Shown in pieces: positions 25,186 through 32,000 of a stretch of 32,000 bases of DNA. Numbering within the stretch: the stretch's first letter is position 1; every line of letters begins with the position of its first letter. The stretch comes from Mycolicibacterium smegmatis (lineage in GTDB: Bacteria; Actinomycetota; Actinomycetes; Mycobacteriales; Mycobacteriaceae), in the NCBI RefSeq assembly GCF_001457595.1, contig NZ_LN831039.1, forward strand, positions 2,700,001 to 2,732,000, read 5' to 3'. A model generated the notes under the pieces. It saw only the letters and a program-made list of their open reading frames with translations, made no database searches and was not told where the DNA came from. The position numbers and the translations under genes are program-made.

Positions 25186-25253
25186 TGCGCCACCTCCGGT
25201 TTGACGACCGCACCGCGGGGCTGTGCACCGACGGGAGGTTGTGATCGCGTCAC
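25182..25253 (-). CDS. Candidate leaderless 23-codon uORF (VTRSQPPVGAQPRGAVVKPEVAQ) translationally coupled to the DUF427 gene
   Basis: GTG at 25253 lies 8 nt after TAAAGC of motif copy E, the same geometry as the four leaderless genes. Its TGA (25184-25182) overlaps the DUF427 ATG (25185-25183) as ATGA. Confidence 0.3.
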   Translation of the reverse strand: MTRSQPPVGAQPRGAVVKPEVAQ

Positions 25254-25261
25254 GACAAGGA

Positions 25262-25291
25262 GCTTTACAGATTCTTCAACAAATGTCACGC
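25262..25291 (-). promoter_or_regulatory. Regulon motif copy E upstream of the uORF-DUF427-SRPBCC unit
   Basis: Minus-strand read: GCGTGACATTtgttgaagaaTCTGTAAAGctccttgtcGTG. An extra TGTCAC copy lies at 25306-25311 on the plus strand. Confidence 0.5.
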
Positions 25292-25326
25292 GGTTCTGCG
25301 ACGGGTGTCACAGCGGAGGTGGCGAC

Positions 25327-25989
25327 ATGACGACCAGTGGTTTGAACGCACGAGCGCTCCTCGGCGGGGACGGCCGGGCGGTCCTGCCGAAACCCCGGCC
25401 CACCGAACCGGATCGGAACCACATGCCGCCTTCGGAGAACCTGCGGGTCCTGCAGTACGAACTCGACGTCGTGGCGTCGGACGTTCTCGACGTGGTGTCC
25501 CGGGTCGGCGGCTGGCTCTTCGACATGCGGATGGCCGGTTGGAACGTCGGGGTGGCGTTCGCCGTGGCGCCGACGGGACCGGACGATCACCGCGCCCTGC
25601 GGGTGCTGGGCCTGAAAACCGTTGAGCTGACCGAGTTGTGGCCCACCGCGACGGGCGGCCCGCGGCGGGGTGCCGAACGCGCCGCGCTGACCGCGATCGC
25701 CGCCGAGCGTTTCGAGAACGATCCCGCGCTCCGGCGCCGCGCGCTCGACGATGCGATGCGCGCGGGTGAGATCGCGCTGTGGGGCCGTGGCTGTCCCGGC
25801 GTGCTGGGCGGACAACTTCGCAGGATCGAATACCGCCCGAGCGCGGCGGCCCGTGCCTTCAAGGCGCATGCCCTGGCCGCCGTGGGTGCGCACGACACTG
25901 CGCACGACACCGGGAGCGTGGCGGCGGAGACCGTCTACTGCGGCGCAGAGACGGTGCGCGCGCTGGGCGCCGCTTTGGTCAACTGTTGA
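25327..25989 (+). CDS. Hypothetical protein (220 aa)
   Basis: ATG 25327 with RBS ggagg, within ORF 24562..25989. GC3-rich. No domain recognised. Confidence 0.55.
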   Translation: MTTSGLNARALLGGDGRAVLPKPRPTEPDRNHMPPSENLRVLQYELDVVASDVLDVVSRVGGWLFDMRMAGWNVGVAFAVAPTGPDDHRALRVLGLKTVELTELWPTATGGPRRGAERAALTAIAAERFENDPALRRRALDDAMRAGEIALWGRGCPGVLGGQLRRIEYRPSAAARAFKAHALAAVGAHDTAHDTGSVAAETVYCGAETVRALGAALVNC

Positions 25990-26026
25990 GCACGGGGCGG
26001 AACACCGGCCCGCTCAGCGTGTTCGG

Positions 26027-27722
<1,696 letters not shown>

Positions 27723-27728
27723 GTGCCC

Positions 27729-27914
27729 ATGCTGCCCGCCCTGCTCGACCCGCCGTCGCCGGATCTCTACAGACGCGCCGAGGATCTCGGCATCACCGCG
27801 GTGATGGTCGCCCCGTGGCTCACCGCCGGCGCCGCACCGGGCTCCTCCGTCGACGACCGCTTCCGGGCGCCCATCGAGCGGTTCGCCGAGACGGTCATGG
27901 CGCGGGTGCGCTGA
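27729..27914 (+). pseudogene. Orphan 61-codon coding-like fragment, head to head with phr (possible 3' remnant of a truncated oxidoreductase gene, or a small CDS)
   Basis: All but 3 third positions are G/C, a strong coding signature. It reads [30 protein letters not shown]...ETVMARVR*. Its ATG is only 6 nt from the phr ATG on the other strand, which leaves no room for an N-terminal domain. Confidence 0.3.
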
Positions 27915-27978
27915 CACGGACCGACACGGCAACCGGCGCGGCTTAGGTCCGCCGACGCCGGCGCGGCACAATGAATCA

Positions 27979-29175
27979 GTGACCACCTCAGCCGCATCCG
28001 GCGAACCCGGGCGTCAACGGGTGCTGATCCTCGGCAGCACCGGATCCATCGGTACCCAGGCGCTGGAGGTGATCGCCGCCAACCCGGACCGGTTCGAGGT
28101 CGTGGGTCTGGCCGCGGGCGGCGGTAATCCGGAGCTACTGGCCGCGCAGCGTGCCCAGACCGGTGTGGCCGCCGTCGCGGTGGCCGATCCGGCGGCAGCC
28201 GAGGCGGTCGGCGACGTGCGCTATTCGGGGCCGGACGCGGTGACGCGTCTCGTGGAGGACACCGAGGCCGATGTCGTCCTGAACGCGCTGGTGGGGGCGC
28301 TGGGACTGCAGCCGACACTCGCGGCGCTGGCCACCGGCGCGCGGCTGGCGCTGGCGAACAAGGAGTCCCTGGTGGCGGGCGGGCCGCTGGTGCTCAAGGC
28401 CGCCGCGCCCGGACAGATCGTGCCGGTGGATTCCGAACACTCGGCCATGGCGCAGTGCCTGCGCGGCGGGACCAGGGCCGAACTGGACAAGATCGTTCTC
28501 ACGGCCTCCGGCGGCCCGTTCCTCGGCTGGTCGGCCGAGGACCTCAAGTCCGTGACGCCCGAGCAGGCGGGCAAACACCCGACCTGGTCGATGGGCCCCA
28601 TGAACACGCTCAACTCGGCGACGCTGGTCAACAAGGGCCTCGAGCTCATCGAGACCCACCTGCTGTTCGGCGTCGACTACGACGACATCGACGTCGTGGT
28701 GCACCCGCAGTCGATCGTGCATTCGATGGCGACGTTCACCGACGGGTCCACGCTTGCGCAGGCCAGCCCGCCGGACATGAAACTGCCGATCGCGCTGGCG
28801 CTGGGCTGGCCCGACCGGATCCCCGGCGCCGCGGCGGCCTGCGACTTCTCCACGGCCTCGACCTGGGAGTTCCTGCCGCTGGACAACGCGGTCTTCCCCG
28901 CGGTCGAACTGGCGCGGTTTGCCGGTAAGCAGGGCGGGTGCCTCACCGCGGTCTACAACTCGGCCAACGAGGAGGCCGCCGAGGCCTTCCTCGACGGCCG
29001 CATCGGCTTCCCCGACATCGTCGAAACAGTGGGTGACGTGTTGCACGCCGCCGACCGGTGGGCCGCCGAACCGGCTACCGTGGATGACGTACTCGACGCA
29101 CAACGCTGGGCCCGCGAGCAGGCCCGCGGTGTCGTCGAGCAGAAATCCGTCAGAAGAGGGCTCGTCACCAAATGA
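27979..29175 (+). CDS. dxr: 1-deoxy-D-xylulose 5-phosphate reductoisomerase
   Basis: GTG start. Motifs: NADPH motif [20 protein letters not shown], and [12 protein letters not shown]. Followed by the rip1 and ispG orthologs, as in mycobacteria. Confidence 0.95.
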   Translation: MTTSAASGEPGRQRVLILGSTGSIGTQALEVIAANPDRFEVVGLAAGGGNPELLAAQRAQTGVAAVAVADPAAAEAVGDVRYSGPDAVTRLVEDTEADVVLNALVGALGLQPTLAALATGARLALANKESLVAGGPLVLKAAAPGQIVPVDSEHSAMAQCLRGGTRAELDKIVLTASGGPFLGWSAEDLKSVTPEQAGKHPTWSMGPMNTLNSATLVNKGLELIETHLLFGVDYDDIDVVVHPQSIVHSMATFTDGSTLAQASPPDMKLPIALALGWPDRIPGAAAACDFSTASTWEFLPLDNAVFPAVELARFAGKQGGCLTAVYNSANEEAAEAFLDGRIGFPDIVETVGDVLHAADRWAAEPATVDDVLDAQRWAREQARGVVEQKSVRRGLVTK

Positions 29176-30392
29176 TGTTCGGAATCGGCATCGTGCTGTT
29201 CGCACTGGCCATCCTGGTCTCAGTGGCACTGCACGAATGTGGCCACATGTGGGTGGCCCGTGCCACCGGGATGAAGGTCCGCCGCTACTTCGTCGGGTTC
29301 GGTCCCACCCTGTGGTCCACGCGCCGGGCCAACCGTCTCGGTTCGACCGAGTACGGCATCAAGGCGATCCCACTCGGCGGGTTCTGCGACATCGCGGGCA
29401 TGACCTCGGTCGACGAGATCGCACCCGAAGACCGGCCGTACGCGATGTACAAGCAGAAGGTGTGGAAGCGCGTCGCGGTGCTCTTCGCGGGCCCCGCGAT
29501 GAACTTCGTCATCGGCCTGGTGCTCATCTACGGCATCGCGATCGTATGGGGCCTGCCCAACCTGCATCAGCCCACCACCGCCATCGTCGGCGAAACCGGT
29601 TGCGTCGCACCGCAGATCACCCTCGAAGAGATGGGGGAGTGCACGGGCCCCGGTCCCGCGGCGCTGGCGGGCATCCAGGCCGGCGACGAGATCGTCAAGG
29701 TCGGTGACACCGAGGTCAAGGACTTCGCAGGCATGGCCGCGGCCGTCCGCAAGCTCGACGGCCCCACCCGCATCGAGTTCAAGCGTGACGGGCGTGTCAT
29801 GGACACCGTCGTCGACATCACCCCGACGCAGCGCTTCACCAGCGCCGACGCGTCCGCCCCCAGTACGGTCGGTGCGATCGGTGTCAGCGCGGTGCCGGTC
29901 CAACCGCCCGCGCAGTACAACCCGATCACCGCGGTACCCGCGACGTTCGCGTTCACCGGCGATCTCGCGGTCGAGCTCGGCAAGTCGCTGGCGAAGATCC
30001 CCACCAAGATCGGTGCGCTCGTGGAGGCCATCGGTGGCGGCGAGCGGGACAAGGAGACCCCCATCAGCGTCGTGGGGGCCAGCATCATCGGCGGTGAGAC
30101 CGTCGACGCCGGGCTGTGGGTTGCGTTCTGGTTCTTCCTGGCGCAGCTGAACTTCGTGCTCGGCGCCATCAACCTGGTGCCGCTGCTGCCGTTCGACGGC
30201 GGCCACATCGCGGTGGCCACCTACGAGAAGATCCGCAACATGATCCGTTCCGCGCGCGGCATGGTCGCCGCGGGGCCGGTCAACTACCTCAAGCTCATGC
30301 CCGCCACGTACGTGGTGCTCGCGGTGGTGGCCGGCTACATGCTGCTGACGGTGACCGCGGATCTGGTCAACCCACTGAGCATCTTCCAATAG
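29172..30392 (+). CDS. rip1: M50 site-2 zinc metalloprotease with PDZ domain (Rip1/RseP-like)
   Basis: ATG overlaps the dxr stop (ATGA). Motifs: HECGH (HExxH) in TM1 and [11 protein letters not shown]. Multi-TM. Confidence 0.9.
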   Translation: MMFGIGIVLFALAILVSVALHECGHMWVARATGMKVRRYFVGFGPTLWSTRRANRLGSTEYGIKAIPLGGFCDIAGMTSVDEIAPEDRPYAMYKQKVWKRVAVLFAGPAMNFVIGLVLIYGIAIVWGLPNLHQPTTAIVGETGCVAPQITLEEMGECTGPGPAALAGIQAGDEIVKVGDTEVKDFAGMAAAVRKLDGPTRIEFKRDGRVMDTVVDITPTQRFTSADASAPSTVGAIGVSAVPVQPPAQYNPITAVPATFAFTGDLAVELGKSLAKIPTKIGALVEAIGGGERDKETPISVVGASIIGGETVDAGLWVAFWFFLAQLNFVLGAINLVPLLPFDGGHIAVATYEKIRNMIRSARGMVAAGPVNYLKLMPATYVVLAVVAGYMLLTVTADLVNPLSIFQ

Positions 30393-30408
30393 TTTTCGAG
30401 GAGACACT

Positions 30409-31575
30409 GTGACATCCATCGGTCTGGGTATGCCGGCACCTCCGGCGCCCACGCTTGCGCCGCGGCGCAAGACCCGTCAGCTCAATGTGGGCGGCGTCGG
30501 CATCGGCAGCGAGCACCCGATCGCGGTGCAGTCCATGTGCACCACCAAGACCCACGACGTCAACTCCACACTGCAGCAGATCGCCGAGCTGACCGCGTCG
30601 GGCTGTGACATCGTGCGTGTGGCGTGCCCGCGTCAGGAGGACGCCGACGCGCTGGCCGAGATCGCGCGGCACAGCCAGATCCCGGTGATCGCCGACATCC
30701 ACTTCCAGCCCAAGTACATCTTCGCCGCGATCGACGCGGGCTGTGCGGCGGTGCGCGTCAACCCCGGCAACATCAAGGAGTTCGACGGCCGGGTCAAAGA
30801 GGTCGCCAAGGCCGCCGGGGATGCGGGCATCCCGATCCGCATCGGCGTCAACGCGGGTTCGCTCGACAAGCGGTTCCTGGAGAAGTACGGCAAGGCCACA
30901 CCCGAGGCGCTCGTCGAGTCGGCACTGTGGGAGGCGTCGTTGTTCGAGGAACACGGCTTCGGCGACATCAAGATCAGCGTCAAGCACAACGACCCGGTGA
31001 TCATGGTCGCGGCCTACGAGCAGCTCGCCGCGCAGTGCGACTATCCGCTGCACCTCGGCGTCACCGAGGCGGGCCCGGCGTTCCAGGGCACCATCAAGTC
31101 GGCGGTCGCGTTCGGGGCGTTGCTGAGCAAGGGCATCGGCGACACCATCCGCGTCTCGCTGTCGGCGCCGCCGGCCGAAGAGGTCAAGGTCGGCAACCAG
31201 ATCCTGGAGTCGCTGAACCTGCGGCCGCGCGGGCTGGAGATCGTGTCGTGCCCGTCGTGCGGACGCGCCCAGGTGGACGTCTACACACTGGCCAACGCCG
31301 TCACCGCGGGCCTCGACGGTCTCGACGTGCCGCTGCGGGTCGCGGTGATGGGCTGCGTGGTCAACGGACCCGGCGAGGCGCGCGAGGCCGACCTCGGTGT
31401 GGCCTCCGGCAACGGCAAGGGCCAGATCTTCGTCAAGGGCGAGGTCATCAAGACCGTGCCCGAGGCCCAGATCGTGGAAACGCTCATCGAAGAGGCCATG
31501 CGGCTCGCCGAGGAAATCGGCACGGCGCGAGGTTCAGATGATGCGAGCGGTTCGCCCGTGGTGACCGTAAGCTGA
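30409..31575 (+). CDS. ispG: 4-hydroxy-3-methylbut-2-en-1-yl diphosphate synthase
   Basis: GTG start with RBS gaggag. Fe-S cysteines in SCPSCGR and [10 protein letters not shown]. Conserved IADIHF and RVNPGN. Confidence 0.95.
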   Translation: MTSIGLGMPAPPAPTLAPRRKTRQLNVGGVGIGSEHPIAVQSMCTTKTHDVNSTLQQIAELTASGCDIVRVACPRQEDADALAEIARHSQIPVIADIHFQPKYIFAAIDAGCAAVRVNPGNIKEFDGRVKEVAKAAGDAGIPIRIGVNAGSLDKRFLEKYGKATPEALVESALWEASLFEEHGFGDIKISVKHNDPVIMVAAYEQLAAQCDYPLHLGVTEAGPAFQGTIKSAVAFGALLSKGIGDTIRVSLSAPPAEEVKVGNQILESLNLRPRGLEIVSCPSCGRAQVDVYTLANAVTAGLDGLDVPLRVAVMGCVVNGPGEAREADLGVASGNGKGQIFVKGEVIKTVPEAQIVETLIEEAMRLAEEIGTARGSDDASGSPVVTVS

Positions 31576-31603
31576 TTGCTGACCCTGTGAGCCGGGTCAC
31601 CAC
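31558..31603. repeat. 9-bp inverted repeat GTGGTGACC/GGTCACCAC spanning the ispG stop, with a nested TGACCC/GGGTCA hairpin (possible terminator)
   Basis: Outer arms at 31558-31566 and 31595-31603. Inner arms at 31580-31585 and 31594-31599. Confidence 0.25.
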
Positions 31604-31631
31604 ACCCTCGGGTTGAGCAGAGAGAGTCTCG

Positions 31632-32000
31632 ATGTCGGCGCCACCCCTATTCCGCCTGGTCGATGAGCGACGGGTGTCCGTGGTGCGCGACACCGCGGCG
31701 GTGATGCGTGTCCTGGACGAGGATCCGGTCGCCGGATGCATGGTGGCCGCCAGGGTTGCCGAGTTCGGCGCCGAACCCGGGGCCATCGGCGGCGAGCTGT
31801 GGACGCGCCGCAAGCCCAGCGAATCGCTGTGTTACGCCGGGCCCAACATGATTCCGCTGCGCGGCAGCCTCGACGATCTGAAAGCCTTCTCCGACAAGGC
31901 CATGAGCATGGCGCGACGGTGCTCGTCCCTGGTCGGGCGGGCCGAGTTGGTGCTGCCGATGTGGGAGCGCCTCCAGTCGTTGTGGGGACCCGCGCGCGAC
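31632..32000 (+). CDS. Conserved protein downstream of ispG (Rv2867c-like by synteny, GNAT-associated); 5' partial, runs off the window
   Basis: ATG at 31632. 123 GC3-rich codons remain open to the window end. It is absent from the ORF track only because there is no stop in the window. Confidence 0.5.
   Translation, partial: MSAPPLFRLVDERRVSVVRDTAAVMRVLDEDPVAGCMVAARVAEFGAEPGAIGGELWTRRKPSESLCYAGPNMIPLRGSLDDLKAFSDKAMSMARRCSSLVGRAELVLPMWERLQSLWGPARD

Overview
High-GC actinobacterial chromosome. The dxr-rip1-ispG synteny and a DUF2631 gene suggest a fast-growing Mycolicibacterium (M. smegmatis-like), but that assignment is inference. I support about 33 CDS and find no rRNA, tRNA, CRISPR array or obvious IS element. 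Left to right the window holds: (1) an SDR-MFS-2-hydroxyacid dehydrogenase operon; (2) a roughly 22 kb accessory catabolic block (3.6-25.3 kb); (3) a photolyase gene and an orphan coding fragment; (4) the conserved MEP-pathway core dxr-rip1-ispG. The catabolic block contains two paralogous TetR regulators, an aldehyde dehydrogenase, a kinase-like phosphotransferase, a GH3 beta-glucosidase, two P450s (one with a ferredoxin), an SMP-30 lactonase-like protein and a thioesterase-like protein. It also contains a tightly coupled 7-gene operon ending in a Baeyer-Villiger monooxygenase and an esterase, an NCS2 permease/2OG-oxygenase pair, and several small unknown-function genes (cupin, SRPBCC, DUF427). 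The most interesting signal is a bipartite 26-27 bp motif (gene sense GTGACAYT-N10-TYTGTAAAS) present five times. Each copy ends 6-9 nt upstream of an ATG/GTG, which points to a shared promoter/operator for leaderless transcripts linking dispersed units into one candidate TetR regulon. One copy is a perfect palindrome between divergent genes. Another precedes a 23-codon leaderless uORF whose stop overlaps the DUF427 start codon. All product calls rest on motif recognition by eye; no searches were run.
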